64,000 nt of DNA from Lama guanicoe (GCA_013239625.1 MU053934.1:1395285-1459284); one strand, 5' to 3'; positions 10,375-24,349 are shown, numbered from the stretch's first letter. Numbers and translations: made by a program. The notes: a model not told the origin generated them from the sequence alone.

Positions 10375-12149
10375 GGAGAGGAAGACCTCTGATCACAATT
10401 TATCTTCAGTATTTCTCCTCCACATCAGGCATGTTCCAGCTTTAATAAGCCACTAGTTGACCTTCAGCCTGAAAAAGGAATAGCTAATCTCCAAGATTCA
10501 ACAAGGGTTTATCCACCCCAGAAACACAGAGTCCTCCTCTGGGTCCCAGAGAAGCAAAACCAAGAAGACACAGTCACCACCCTCAAGAGTGGACAGTCCA
10601 ACAGAAGGGGACAGACATTTAAGCAGAACATTAGATCTGGGAGGATATGGGTTAAATGGAGCCAGGTGGGAGCATTGTACTGAGGTGACTCAATCTGCCC
10701 AGAGAAGCCAGGGAAGACTTCTAGAGGAGGGAACATTTGACATGGACCTTGAAGTAGGAGCAGGAGTTTAAGAGGCAAAGAAGTAGGAGAAAGAACACTC
10801 TGGCTAAAGAAATGGTTGCATAAATGGGAGTAGAGATGGATTTACTGAAAAGCTATGAAGGTTAAGTTTCAGGGCTCCTCCTCTGCACGGGCTTCTTCTG
10901 AGATGGAGGACTGAATTTAATATTTGTAAGGTTACATTCTCTTACTTTGAAAAGGTCTCTGAACTGCAGAAACCTCAGGCTCCGTAAAACCCGAATCTGC
11001 CCCCAAATCTAAGGAATGCCACATGAACACAGGAATAAGGATGTTGGGAGCTGCATTTTTCTTCTTTGCCAAGCTAGATCCCAAAATCTTCCTTGGGGTC
11101 ATTAGACGGGAGGCATCTACCCAATCCAGGCACCTATTCAGCCAGTACCTGGGTGGGTTCTGCAACCCAAGCATTGTTGCAGGAAGACAACAAAAGGGTG
11201 GGCTGCAGATGGCAGAACTCACAGAACTCCTTCTCCTGGAAGGAGAACTCAATGAAGCTTTCTCTGCAAACTTAGACTCAGCCAACTCCCAAGGGCAGGA
11301 TGCGCTTCCTAGGAGCGATGTCCAGCTATTTATACTAAAGTCCTAGTGAGGATCTTCCAGCACTGTGACCACAGAATGGATCTGGTGTGGTTTAGATCAC
11401 CCTATGTGTCCCATGCCATGCTCAAAACATGCTATCATGTCTGGGATCTCTGTCTTTGCTTCCAGGCCCTCAAAAGCACGTCTTGATCTTTGTTAGTTCA
11501 CTTGCTTGAAGTTGAGGTTGAAGACTTGAGTTTATATTTAAACCAATGAATTTCAATAGAAGACTCTGAAGCTTCCTGATGCTCCAAAGAAGGTCGGCCC
11601 TGTGCTGTCCTTGCTCGTGGAGCAGCAGGTGGTGGACAGCTGTCCGGGCCTCTCTCTAACTGCATCACTCTGTGCTCTCAGCCATTGGAGGAGTACCTAA
11701 GTGCTCATGGCACCTCTGCTAACATTGCTAATGTCTCATTGGCCAAAGAGAATCTCATGGCCAATCCCTTTTGTGGGCGGGGACTACATAATAGAGTGAA
11801 CACCCGGAAGTGTGGTTCACTGGGGGTCACCAGGGTAACAGTCTACCCCACCATGCATGACCATGAGCAACTTAATTCAAGAAAGGAAATTTCTCTGTAC
11901 TTCATTTTCTTCATCTATAAAGAGATGGAGCTGAAAATCAAGGCTCTCAGCCATCCCTTCTCTTATCAGCCTTCCTATAATGACAAAATCACAATGGAAA
12001 TGAACCTTGAAGAGTTGGCTGAGACAAAATGAAAACTCACTTTGAATAATATAGTATATAGATAAATATTATATATGTATAAGATATATGAGGTTTACCT
12101 GTATAAATATGAGGCTCACTTCAGACCAAGAAAATAAACAGGAAAGTTC

Positions 12150-12420
12150 ATGAAGAAAGAGAGACAGCTTAGCAATAGCCCATGAGAAAAAGGCTTGGGT
12201 GCTTTATTCAAAGTGAGCTCGGTGGAAGTTAGCAATGTGCTGCAGCCCTGGAATGAGTTAATGGAGCCTTTGGCTGCATGAATAGAAGTATGAGGTACAG
12301 ACTGAGGGAGGTGATACTCCTCTATAATCCAACAACAGCTGGAGCAGTGCATTCCTTTCTCGGTGCTTCATAGACAAACTGGACTCTGTTCAGAAGAGCT
12401 GATCTCTAGGAAGATTAGGC
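12150..12420 (+). mobile_element. CR1/L3 LINE reverse-transcriptase C-terminal remnant
   Basis: gagaaaaaggcttgggtgcttt (EKxLGVL), ggctgcatgaatagaagt (GCxNRS) and agggaggtgata (REVI) match the CR1 ORF2 end. Confidence 0.7.
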
Positions 12421-12489
12421 TAATACCATCTGAACACCCATCGGCCTCCATGTCACTAAGAGTGAAGCAGTCCTCCATTGTGTGAATCC

Positions 12490-13090
12490 TGCCATAAGGC
12501 GGTAGGGAGTACACAACACCATCTGTGAATTGTTCGTCCCTTAAAACAAAAAAAAATTGAACTTGACTCCAGTCATGCTCCAGACTGAACTACCTATTTC
12601 AGGAAGTATAAAAGATAGAACAAATTAAATGCCATGAAGCAATCAACCATACTCAGACTATGGGAGAGTCAACAGGAGAAGCGATTATGTTTCTCCAGCA
12701 AATCTATAGCATGGAAAAGATGCGGGGAGGAACAGTTTCAGAGTAAGAGAAATTTAGGAGATTCCACAAGCCAATGCAATATATGAATCTTTTGTAAAAT
12801 GACTATAACTCAATAAAAAAGTTTAAATAATAATAATAAATAAATATATATATATATGTATGAATCTTTTTTTGCATCCCAATTTGTTTTAAATAATAAA
12901 ATCTCAGGGAACTCTGAATATGGATGGAGTAATAGAGGATATTGAAACTTTCTTTAATTGTGTTAATTGTGAAAATAACATGGTCAGGTTTTTTTTAATA
13001 TCTTTTTTTGTTAGGGAAGTGTACTAAAATCTTATGGATAAAAAGACATGATGTTTGGGATTTGCTTTAAACTACTCCAGCAAACAAACT
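12490..13090 (+). mobile_element. Old L1 (L1MC/ME-type) 3' UTR fragment carrying a tiny younger L1 tail
   Basis: ccaatgcaatatatgaatc, ggaactctgaatatggatggagtaatagaggatatt and catgatgtttgggatttgctttaaa blocks. Confidence 0.6.
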
Positions 13091-13928
13091 CACCTACAGA
13101 TCTGGGAGGCATAGGGGGACAGGTTTTCAAAACCAGGTCTCCGGAGGCTCATGTGAAAAAACCAGGGATGTTTGAGACACAGACCGGGATCCCACGTTCC
13201 AATGTTTGAAGGGCTTGTCTGGAGGAAAAGGAAAGAGTCGTGCTGTGCCAGTACCCCAGAGGGCAGCATCAGGACCAACACAGAAGTTAGGGGGAGAGAA
13301 GTTTAAGGTCAAGGCAAAGAACTTTAGAGCTAGGTTTTCCCCAAGCCCCTTCTTCCCCTTGCATCTCTCCAACCTCTTTCCTACAGCCCTCCACGAGCCC
13401 TACGTTCCAACCACTCCATGTCACTTGAGACTCCTGACACACACCGAGTACCTTCCTATCTCACGCCCTTTGCCCTGCATTTTCCTTGGTTAGGAATGCC
13501 CTCCCCTCTCCCCGAGAACGGGATTTCTGCTCAGGCTTCAAGGCTCCACTCCTCCTCGGCCTTGATCTCTCCTCGAAGTAATAGCATCCTCGAATTGCTC
13601 TGAATCTGCTGGTGGCTGTTGCATGCGTATCTTTATGGATAGGTATCAAAGATGAGTTACAGATTACCTTTTATCATGATTCCTCCTTTTCCCTCCCACA
13701 GCACTGTGTACCTTTATTATGATAATCGTGGCCCCCAGGAGTTGAGGGCCTACTGTGTGCCAAAGGCTTTCATTCTCACCCCAGTTCCAGGATCTATGCA
13801 ACTTGAGTGTCCAAGGGGAAGCGACTTACTCAGTGTCACACAGCAAAGGTCCAACTTCAACTCAGATTTGCGACACCAAAATTTAAACATATATATACTT
13901 TTCTTTATACTATGAATGTATAAATGGT

Positions 13929-13930
<2 letters not shown>

Positions 13931-13970
<40 letters not shown>
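13931..13970. repeat. (GT)20 microsatellite
   Basis: Perfect dinucleotide run. Confidence 0.98.
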
Positions 13971-13973
<3 letters not shown>

Positions 13974-15589
13974 CACTCCTCCCCTTATTCATTGAGTCTG
14001 TTTTCCTTTCTAGCACACTGCCAAGCATATGGTAAATGCTCGATAAATATTTGATCATGGAGGGATAGATGAATGAATAAATCCAGCATTATAATTAGTG
14101 ATGTATAGACTTCTCCCAACAGTACCCCACAACCATGGGAAACTTCTGAGCAATAGAATAAATAAACAGGACTGGGTTCCATGACTCCACGTGGTCCAGA
14201 AGAGTAGTCCTTGCAGACAAGTGGCAGAGAGTGGCAGGGCCTTGCCAAGGTCCCCAGGAAGTCCATGGGGTGACAGAGGGTGGGGAGTTGCCAACGAGGC
14301 CCCAATGCAGTGGCCACCCCCAGTCCAGGAGGCTCCTAGGTTTTGCCAGAATATGGGGCTGGGAGGCTGGGAGAGGAAGGCCTCTCTCTTCTTTCCCAGC
14401 TGCCAGGGCTCTGACCGCCGTGTGACCCTCGGGGTGGGGACCCATACTCCCCAGGGGAGGAAGGTTACAGCCCCATTATCACCAAAAGGCAATAAAGCCA
14501 TTTCATGGTAATTAGAATCCTAACCAATTTAAGTCATTTACAGCTTTCAAACAATTACCTGGTGATCCTTATCTCCCCAAGAATCCTGAGATGTTATTTG
14601 GAGGGGATCATAAACTGAGAACATGGTTGGGGGAGGGGATGATGAGAGAGGACAAGGAAGGAAGATGGCTGCCCACGGCGATGGGCAAAGAGGAAAAATT
14701 TTAAAGCTCCATCCAGGTACCTGGTCCTTCATCAGGTGTGGGCAAAGCAGGCCTGTCCTTGTGGATTTTGTAGGAAAAAAGTGTTCTGTCCCCAGAAGGT
14801 TACTCTCCAGAACCATGAAATCTTAGCTAGAAAAGCTCAAGAAACATCTAGGAAAGTATTTCCCAAATCAGAAGCCCTGGACATCCATGGTTTGTGAGAT
14901 GTTCATGGGTATGGAATGAACATATTCCTGGGGTGAATGGGTTTGGGAAATTCATAAACTGTGACTTCCTCGTAGAGAATCACAGAGCCCACTGCATCTC
15001 AAAGTTTCTGGCAAGATCTCTAGGAAGGAAACCAGGATCTACAGGAAAGTTTAACTCAGTGAAACTCAGTGTGTTCAGACTTTGACCACTGAACATTTTC
15101 ACCCCCACAGGAAATCTACTAATGGCACAAGAAGCCTCTAGAAATATCGATCTTTTATCTACGTTTTCTTCTCATTCTTGGGCTGAAGTTAAACTGAGAG
15201 ACTTTCTGTTCTGCTACATGCCTCTGGTTAAGACAGGTACTTATTGCACTCAACTGTGTGCAGACAGTCATCTGCAGATACCTTTGGAAGATACTAGGGG
15301 ACAACTTCCATTGTTATGTCCTAAATGAGAGGCCATGGGAAAGGGAAAAAGGAAGGAAAGGGAGAATCTTTAGACAAACCAAAAATCAGGTCACCAACTG
15401 AAATCCACCTCCAAAGGTGATAGGAAGAGACAGTCTCTGGATACCAAGAGGGCAGAATTGATCCAGTTAAAGAAGAAACTGTCTAACAGTCAAAGCCACT
15501 GACAGCAGAACAGATGGGCTCAGGAAGGAATGAGCTCCCTGACAACATGTGCATAGAAGCTGAAGCTGTAACAGCCCCTTAGGAGAGGA

Positions 15590-16040
15590 GTGCTCAGTCA
15601 ACTAGCAAATATTTGAGAATCTACACTATTCAAAGCACCGGTCGAAGGTAGGAAAACTGTGATGAGCAAATTCTCTGCTGAACTGAAATTTTACATTTGG
15701 ATGGGGAGAAACAGATAAGAGCCAAGCAAAGAAAAATAAATGTAATTTATGAAGAACTATAAGATCTTAAAAGGGTGGTGTGAGAGCAGTGAGAGAGAGG
15801 CTAGTTAAGTTGTGATGGCCAGGCAAAGCCTCCATGGGACCTAGATACCTGAGCCAAGAGCCAAGTGAACAGAAGAAGCCAGCCGGAGAAGACCTAGGAG
15901 CAGTGAACCAAGTGTACAGTTCAGCACATCCAGAGGCTCTGCAGTGGAAAACATTTGAGCATTTTTGAAGAATGAAAGGAAGGCTGGCATGGTGGACATG
16001 GTGAGTGGGGGTGGGAGAACACTGGATGAGGGCAGAGAGG
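15590..16040 (-). mobile_element. L2 LINE 3' fragment
   Basis: agcaaatatttgagaatctac start; tgagcatttttgaagaatgaaaggaaggctggcatgg block. Confidence 0.6.
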
Positions 16041-17883
16041 TATGGCACAGACGAGCACCCAGTGGCCCAGACAACCCCACACACCCTGCAGGTTCTGAGA
16101 CTCGCGATGGCTCCCCTGACTGATCAAAATGAGATCACAGAGTCTCTCTCCCTAAAATCACATCCACAATCTCAGGCGCAAGCTTCAGTCTCCTCATCTG
16201 GCAACTGGAAGTCATAAACCTACTTTGCAAAAATGCTACACAGATAAGTGACTATATACTTACCTAGCAAGCTCTGATACAGCACTATGTACCATTCTAA
16301 ACATGTTATAATATTACTCATCGAATTCTCCTAAGAGCCCTAGAAGGTAGACACTATTATTGATAAAATCCCTATTTTATCAATAGGAATACTAATAGTG
16401 TCTTATCCCTGAGGCACAGAGAGGCACCTGGAATGTCTAATACATAGTACATCATAGAACATCATAGCTACTGTAGGCTTAGATTTAAAAACTTCAAAAG
16501 TTTCCAGGAGACGTAAATAAAACATTCTCTACGGTCTTTGTACTCCCCTACCCCCACATTCAGAGCTCCCAATTTGGCGCATCTACATTTCCTCATAGAG
16601 TCTCAGTAAGGACTTACTCAGTTGAATCATGTAGCACCAATAAATACAACCTACTACCAGAGCCTTGGATAACCAGGAATCCTGCAGTCATCTCTATCAA
16701 AATTCCAATGGCATATTTCAAAGAAATTTAAAAAAAATCCGAAAATTCATATAAAACCACAAAAGACCCAAGTAGCCAAAAAAAAACTTGAGAAAGAAGA
16801 ACAAAGCTGGAGGCATCATACTTCTTGGTTTCAAACTATATCACAAAGCTATGGTAATCAAAAGAGCATAGTACTGGTATAAAAACAGACATTTAGACCA
16901 GTGGAATAAAATAGAGAGCCCAGAAATAAATCCACACACATATGGTCAACTAATCTATGACAAGGATGCCAAGAACACACAAAGGGGAAAGGATAGTCTC
17001 TTCAATAAATGGTGTTTGGAAACTTGAGTGAAGTTGAACTCTTCTCTTACACCACTCACAAAAATCAACCCAAAACAGATTAAAGACAAGTGTAAGTCCT
17101 GAAACCATAAAACTCCTAGAAGAAAATATAGCGGGAAAGCTCCTTGACATTGGTCTTGGCAATGGTAATTTTTTTTGAGGGGTGGGTGTGACACCAAAAG
17201 CACAGGCAACAAAAGCAAAAATAAACAAATGGGATTACATCAAACTAAAAAGCTTCTGTATGGCAAAGGAAACCATCAACAAAATTAAAAGTCAACCTGC
17301 AGAATGGGAGAAAACATTTGCAAACCATATATCCAATAAAGGGTTAATATTCAAAATATACAAGGAATTCTTACAACTCAATACCAAAACCAAAACAAAA
17401 ACAAATCAAATAACCCATTTAAAACATGGACAAATGTTCTCAAAAGATATTTTTCCAAAATGACACACAAATGATCCACAAGTACATGAAGAGCTACTTA
17501 ACACCATTAATCATTAGGGAATACAAATCAAAACCACAATGAGATATCACCTCACACCTGCTAGGATGGTTATTACCAAAAGGACGACAGATAAGCATTG
17601 GCAAGGGTGTGGGGAAAAGGGAACCCTTGTGCACTATTGGTAAGAATGTACATTGGGCATAACCATTGTGGAAAACATTAGAAGAGTCCCTCAAAAAACT
17701 AAAAATAGAACTACCATGTGATGCAGCAATCCAACTACCAGGTAGATATCCAAATGATGAAATCAGTATCTCACACAGATACCTGCACTCCATATTTATG
17801 GCAGCATCATTCACAATAGCCAAGAGATGGGACAACCTAAGTGTCTCTCTACAGATGAATGGATAAAGAAGATATGGGGTGTG

Positions 17884-17884
<1 letters not shown>

Positions 17885-17916
<32 letters not shown>
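17885..17916. repeat. (TG)16 microsatellite within L1
   Basis: Perfect dinucleotide run. Confidence 0.97.
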
Positions 17917-17927
<11 letters not shown>

Positions 17928-18109
17928 ACACACACATATATACATATATAATGGAATATTATTCAGCCATGAAAAAGAAGTATTACCTGCCATTTGGAAC
18001 AAACTGGATGAACCTGGAGGACATTAGGCTAAGTGAAACTAGCTAGACGGAGAAAGACAAATTCTGTATGCTCTCACTTACATGTGAAATGAAATATAAA
18101 AAGGTTGGA

Positions 18110-18181
18110 CTCAGTGGTAGAGTGCGTGCTTAGCATGCGTGAGGTCCTGGGTTCAATCCCCAGTAACTCCATTTTAAAAAA
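18110..18181 (+). mobile_element. 5'-truncated tRNA-Ala-derived SINE nested in the L1 3' UTR
   Basis: ctcagtggtagagtgcgtgcttagcatgcgtgaggtcctgggttcaatccccagtaactcc plus short A tail; same family as 588-739. Confidence 0.88.
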
Positions 18182-18861
18182 CATAGTTAGTTTCATAAAA
18201 CCAGAGACTAAAACCATAATTACCAGGGGCTGGAGGTTGAGGAGATCGGAAAGACCTTGGTCAAAGGGTACAAGCTTTCAGTTCTAAGATGAGTCAGTTC
18301 TGGGGACGTTGTGTGCAGTTTGACGACTATAGTTAATAATACTCTATTGTATTCTTGAAATTTGCTAAAAGAATAGACCTTAAGTGTTCTTACCACACAG
18401 GAAAAAAGAAAAAAGCTATGTGAGGGATAGATATGCTAATTTAACCACAGAAATAACTTCACAATCTGTATGTGTATCAAACCATCACGTTGTACACCTT
18501 AAATACATACAATTTTTTTGTGTCAATTGTACCCCAGTAAAATTGGGGGGGGAAGCCTTGCAGATAAAGGAGAGGGTACTGAGGACCATCACACACAGCT
18601 AGACAGGTTGTGCACCGCTATAGGACCTCAAGGGAACTCATATTTATTTAGCCTCTGCTGCGTTCACCCACATCACATCTCCGTGGGGTTTGGGTTATAA
18701 TCCCCACTGTACGGGTTGTGGAAAATGAGGCTCAAGCAAAATCTATGGTCACTCATAGTAGATAGTTGAGCTTCAGACTCCAAAGGGCTTCCCTCTGACC
18801 CACACCATCTCCTGGGGGGTGGGCGGGGGGAGCATCTAGCCTTCAAGAGATCATTTCCTTA

Positions 18862-19528
18862 TAGGGGGTTCTCTCCCCACCCCCACCCCCAGGATATAAT
18901 ATATTCCCAGACATGAGAACTAAACAAAACACTTACACCTTAGCTGTGGCTTCACAGAGGGAAAAATAAGTATAAATTCTCTCTTAAGCTTGAAAAAAAG
19001 GGTATTTTTATTACAAAATACATATTTAACACATTTTACCATGTTAAAAAGTTTTTAAAAGAGTGAGAAAAAATGATCTCGTAAAGCAAGCAAGGGTATT
19101 ATCTAGTCCTTTTCCATTTAACCTTACTGCAATCAATTTATTCAAAACACCAACCTGTTTTGAGCCTTTGGCCCAGACTACTTTCTCATTATTCATCCAC
19201 ATCCCGTAGGCGTGTGCACCTGTATTTTCATGAACCCCTAACTAAGATGAAGCATTTCCTTCCATTAAGACTGCAGACAGCAAATTACAGCGTGGTGTAC
19301 TCGCAGTACCTCTGACCTGCAGGTGCCCCAAATATCCAATGAATTAATAAAGAAAATAGAGTATCACAAATGTTTTACTATCTTGATGGCTGGATTTCAG
19401 TTTAATTAATTTCCATTAAAAGCTATATTTTATTTCATCAGTTTTAAGAGCATTATTCAGAGGAAGGGCCAGGAGTTTCGCCAGATAGCCAGAAGAGTCT
19501 ATGGTCCAAAAAAGCTAAGAACCATCCC
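18862..19528. mobile_element. Probable hAT-Charlie DNA transposon remnant
   Basis: agggggttct start and tatggtccaaaaaagctaagaacc end resemble Charlie termini; AT-rich interior. Confidence 0.45.
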
Positions 19529-20706
19529 CCACCCTCCACCGCAGGCCTCCCATCGTGGGTACCACAGAAGCTCTTTGTGATTCTTCAGGTTAACGGGAGG
19601 GCCAGCATCTCCCAACCGATTTCCCCCAATCAGACTTGCTCTGCCCATTTACCTTTTTGAAGAGCAAGGAAAATGCCCACCTCTGTGACCTTTTCAAAGG
19701 GAGGCTGATAAACTGGAATTTTACACCCCAAGCGAAGATCAGACTTCAACCACAGAGTTCCTGGGCCCGCAGCTCACAAACTCCCACAGATGCAAACTGT
19801 TTTCTGTAGACGGGCTCATATTGAGCCCTTCCACAGCGGTGGGAAATGCTGCCCGCGAGCACTTCCAGTGAGGTTAAACCCAGAATGAGTTTGTTCCATC
19901 ACAGGCGAGGAAATCTTCCCTCCTTGAGTCACCTGACCCAGAGCTTGGAGCGCACTGCTCTCCAGGGAACAGGTGTGATGATTTCATCACCTTGATGCTC
20001 ACTTGGGACTGAAGGGTCACAAGTCCCAGATTGGGGGGGATGGGGTGGCAGGCAACCACTTAATGATTTTGTTCTCTGTGTCACCACTCTCACAGCTGGG
20101 CTCATTCTCCGGGGTGTTTCCAAAGCCCTCTGGGAAGGTGCAGCCCTGGGCAGAGGAAAGAGGATCCTGAGCTAGCAAAAGGAAGGTTCTGGGTTCACAT
20201 CCCAAGCTCTCTTCACCTGCTGGATGCATCTGGACAGTGGCCACCACACCCCTGGATCTCAGTGTCCCCATCGGTCGAATGAGAAGGGAGGAGTGGATAA
20301 TCCCTCTCAGGTACCACAGCCTTGGGTATCACATCAGCATCACTCAATGAGCGATGCCCCAGGGAGGCGCTGCCCACAACCTGGCCTCATCTCTGGCTTT
20401 GCTTGGTCAGACAGGTAGCCCTATTCAGGCCCCAGAGTCCACGGCCTCCTGCCATGGACAGGACACCCTCCACGAAGACAAGATGTCCGGGGGTCCTCCG
20501 GCAACAGAGCCAGGGAATGCAGGAGGCCCCTTGAGGGAAGGACTAAGTCCTGGTGGACTGTGTGCCTCTAGCTCACACCACGGTGCCTGGTGCACAGTAG
20601 GCACTTGATAAATGTTTGTTGAATGAATGAATAACACTCACTGAGGCATTCCCTTTTGCCTCTGGGCAGTGCACATGCAAGTAAGGACAATGCACTTGAT
20701 GCCACC

Positions 20707-20801
20707 TTTTTTTTTTTAATAGAGTTACTGGGGATTGAAACCAGGACCTCATGCATTCTAAGCATGCGCTGTACCACTCAGTGGAGCTCTGCCCCAGCTC
20801 C
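20707..20801 (-). mobile_element. tRNA-Ala-derived SINE
   Basis: T-tail, then actggggattgaaaccaggacctcatgcattctaagcatgcgctgtaccactcag, the reverse complement of the SINE at 588. Confidence 0.88.
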
Positions 20802-20992
20802 CGATGTCTACCCTTCCTAGACTTTTCTGGGTGATCAGGGGCAAATAGCCTGACCTCTTGGACATTGGTTTCTTCCACGTTGACTAATTAGCATGAAAAT
20901 GAGAGTAACTATTATTTTCAAAACTACTTTTATCACTTAGTATGTGCTAGGCATTATATAAATTACTTTATCATCATTATCTCATTTAAGTC

Positions 20993-21330
20993 ATTTTTAA
21001 TTGAAGTATAGTTGATTTACTGTGTTTCAGATGTATAGCAAAGTGATTTAGTTTTATACATATATCCTTTTTCAGATTGTTTTCCATTATAGGTTATTAC
21101 AAGATAACTGTATATAGTTCCCTGTGCTATACAGTAGGACCGTGTTTATCTTTTTTCTGTATGGCAGTGTGTATCTGTTAATCCCAAATTCCCAATTTAT
21201 CCTCCCCATCCGCTTTCCCCTTTGGTAACTGTACGTTTGTTTTCTATGTCTGTGAGTCTCCTTCTGTTTTGTAAATAAGTTCCTTTGTATCATTTTTTTC
21301 AGATTCTAGCCATAAGTGACATCATATACA
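20993..21330 (-). mobile_element. L1 3' UTR fragment (cetartiodactyl type) with TSD, inserted in a MIR
   Basis: ttaattgaagtatagttgattta...tatagttccctgtgctatacagtaggacc; TSD ttatctcatttaagtc (20977-20992) / ttgtctcctttaagtc (21331-21346). Confidence 0.88.
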
Positions 21331-21359
21331 TTGTCTCCTTTAAGTCTTAAAATAACCCA

Positions 21360-21803
21360 GTGAATGCTAACAGAAGTAAGTCAGACAGAGAAAGACAAAT
21401 ACCATATGTTCTGACTCTTAGGTGGAATCTAAAGTCGAATTCAGAGAAACAGAGAGTAGATTGGTGGTTGCTAAGAGCTGGGGATGAAGGAATTGGGGAG
21501 ACATTGGTCAAAGGGTACAAATTATAAGATAAATAAGTTCTGAGGAATCTGATGTACAGCATGGTGACTATAGTTAACAATACTGTATTACAAACTGAAA
21601 TTCAGTAAAAGAGTAAATCTTGAATGTTCCCACCATGAGAAAAAGGGTGGTAATTACGTGAGGTGATGGAAGTGGTAACTAACCTTATTGTGGCAATCAT
21701 CTTGCAATATACGTGCCAAATTATCAGGTTGTACACCTCAAGCGTACACAATGTTATATGTCAATTATAACTCAGTAAAGCTGGGAGGAGAAAAGAAAGG
21801 GTA
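21360..21803 (+). mobile_element. Older L1 (L1MA/MB-type) 3' fragment with TSD
   Basis: agtcagacagagaaagacaaataccatatg...tcaattataactcagtaaagctggg; TSD aaaataaccca (21349-21359 / 21804-21814). Confidence 0.88.
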
Positions 21804-24349
21804 AAAATAACCCAAAGGGATGCATTCTGTTACCTCCACTGTGCAGGTAACTGAGGCTCCCTGAGGCTGATGAATTGCCTTGGGGCACAGAGTCAGTGTA
21901 AGGGAGATGCAGGGCAGGAGTTGAACCTAGATCTCTCAGCCTCCATCACCCTATGTTCGGATGAAATCCCACGAGACATTTCTCCTGAACATAAATTGGA
22001 TCAATTCACAAACCATTGTGGGATGCTTGCCATATGCTAGGAGTTAGAGATTTGTTTAACTCCTCAAATTTGCAATGATCATAATCAAAAAATCGGATAA
22101 AGATTTGAGAGGTGCTTAAAGCATTAAAGGAGAGGGGGCAGGAAGAATAACACGTGTCAGGTGTTCCCCGTGAGCCGGGCACTGGGTGCAACGCCTCCCA
22201 TAGAGCATCTCTGTGGCCTTGAGGGGTTGGTCTTAGCTCTCCAGAAGAGGAACCATGTTTTTAGGCCAAAGGACAATAAGCGATGCAGCCAAGTCTGGAA
22301 CCAGAACCATCTCTCTCCAAAGCCCTCACTCTTTCCAATAGATGCATTTTCCATTTAGTGACCCTGACCTTGGTCCACTTCATCTGAGAAATGAAGAAAC
22401 TAGAGGTCAGGCCTCATCCCTCTAGTCCCTGTGGATTTAAACTCATTGAGTGTGAGGAGTTAAGTTTCCAGACTCTAGAAGTCCTGGGCTGTGTCCCAGC
22501 TCTACGAACCATGTGAGCTTCTGTCATCCCCAGTGTCCTCATCTCTAAGATGCAGTGGTAAGAGAACCGCTGGCTGGAGCAGGTGATGCGTGAGGCCACT
22601 TGGCACATCCCTAGCACACAGCAAGCATTCCATCAGCAGTCCTGAGAATGACCATGCTCAGCTCCAGTGTCCTCGGTCCTGTGCTGTACTCTGAACTAGG
22701 TGTGACACATGGCCTTCAGGAAAGGTGGCATCTGGTTGGGGAAATGGGCAATGAAATGGTTAAATCCCAAGGTAAGGGCCTAAAAGTGTGGTGAAATTAA
22801 TTCTGCCAAAGGAGTTCAGGAAAGGATGAAGGATGAGTGTATGCTTTGAGGGGTCTGGAAAGGTTTTACGACAATGGGGTGGATTCCTAAGAATGCCGAA
22901 AGACAGAGACACAGACACGAGATGGAGACAGAGACAGAGAGAAGTGGGGGAACAGCATGAACAAAATCCCAGAGGCAGAAAGGAAGGCGTGGGAAAGCAG
23001 CAGCTGACCTAGACTGGAACAGAGTCGAGAAGCACGTGGGTATGGAATCCCAGGCCCTCTGATTCTCCGGGCTTGGGTCCTTCCTTGAACATTTCTTGAA
23101 CGTTCCTTGATGCAATCAAGCTTAGGACAAAGTTGTCTTACTATCCAGCATGTGATCTCTGAAATTGCACTTATGGCCCTAAAGCAAAGTTCAGTTTCAA
23201 CTTTCAGATGACCATCAGACATGGAGATGTTCATTCATTTAGCAGCGTTCACAGAGCACCTACTCTGTGCAGGGGATTCAGCAGCAAACAAGACGGACAC
23301 ACTCTCCAAGTTTGCTTTCCAGGAGGGGAGTCAGATCATGAGCAATTTCCTACATGGGTCTCATAATTTCTTCACTGCCATTGGCTATGTGCACACAGGG
23401 GGATTTGAGATGGGGAGATGACCTGCCCTGGGGGCTCAGAGCAATCAGAAGGGGTAGGAAGCCTCTGAAAAAACCAGTGCAGAAGTGACAGCAGGGAGCT
23501 GAACTCCACCCCATGCAGCTGAATGCCTTTTTAAGGGGCAAGGACAACCAGAAGGACACTTCCTCTGTATCCCGGGTTCACCATCTTTCATAGGAACCAG
23601 TAACAGAAGCCAGATCAGAGCTGATCTGACAGTTTACAAATACAAGTCTTCTTGGGGATGACAGGGTATTGGAGAGGAAAGCTCACTGGCCCAGGAGCTT
23701 CTGAGAGGGTCTGGGTTTCAGGGTGAGATGGACCACCAACTTCAGTAAGCCATCTAACCTCAACTTGGAGATGTGGGTCCTGCCTAAGAGAGGCGAATTC
23801 TCCTAGATCCATGTTTTTAGAGTATGTTTTATTGAACACAGTTGCCCTGCAATATCTGAAGAGGGAGTGACTCTACTTAAAAACCAAACAAAATAAAAGC
23901 TTTTTGTTTTTGCAGGACTTCTCAGAGCCTTGAATTTGCTGACATGCATGTGACTTTTTAAAGTGGGTCATAGTATGCAGCCCTTTCTAAACTTACTTGA
24001 CTAGAACATTTTTTCGGGATACCTGTTAATATTTTCCCTCACACAGTTAGGGAAAATACCATCCCAAGGTGATCTCTATGGTCAAACAAGCCAATGTGCC
24101 TTAATAAAGAGGCTCCTCTTCCAGCTGGAATGTACTTTGGGTATGATCTAACACAGCCTCCCCTCCCTAATAGATTTCTTCCATTCCATCCTGACAAGTG
24201 ATCCCTAGCCCCTGCTTGAATGCTGCCATTCACAGGGTACTCATGACCTGACGAGGCAACCTAACCACAACTGTTAGAAGTGAAATTCCAACCAGAGCTC
24301 TTCATTGAACTGAACTGAAATTCACCTCCCAACCCACTCATCTATTAGT

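Larger units (their letters stand above)
16684..18550 (+). mobile_element. 5'-truncated old L1 (L1MA/MB-type): disrupted ORF2 C-terminus plus 3' UTR
   Basis: ORF fragments [23 protein letters not shown]...[15 protein letters not shown] and LKKLKIELPCDAAIQL; many frameshifts; 3' end gtcaattgtaccccagtaaaattgggg. Confidence 0.92.

Noticed and set aside
10932..11346. Overlapping 117-aa and 107-aa ORFs and a minus-strand TATAAATAG near 11330
   Set aside because: No recognisable domain or splice structure; could be an old LTR. Not supportable without a search.
17182..17866. L1 ORF2-like ORFs as functional genes
   Set aside because: Fragments of a 5'-truncated, frameshifted L1.
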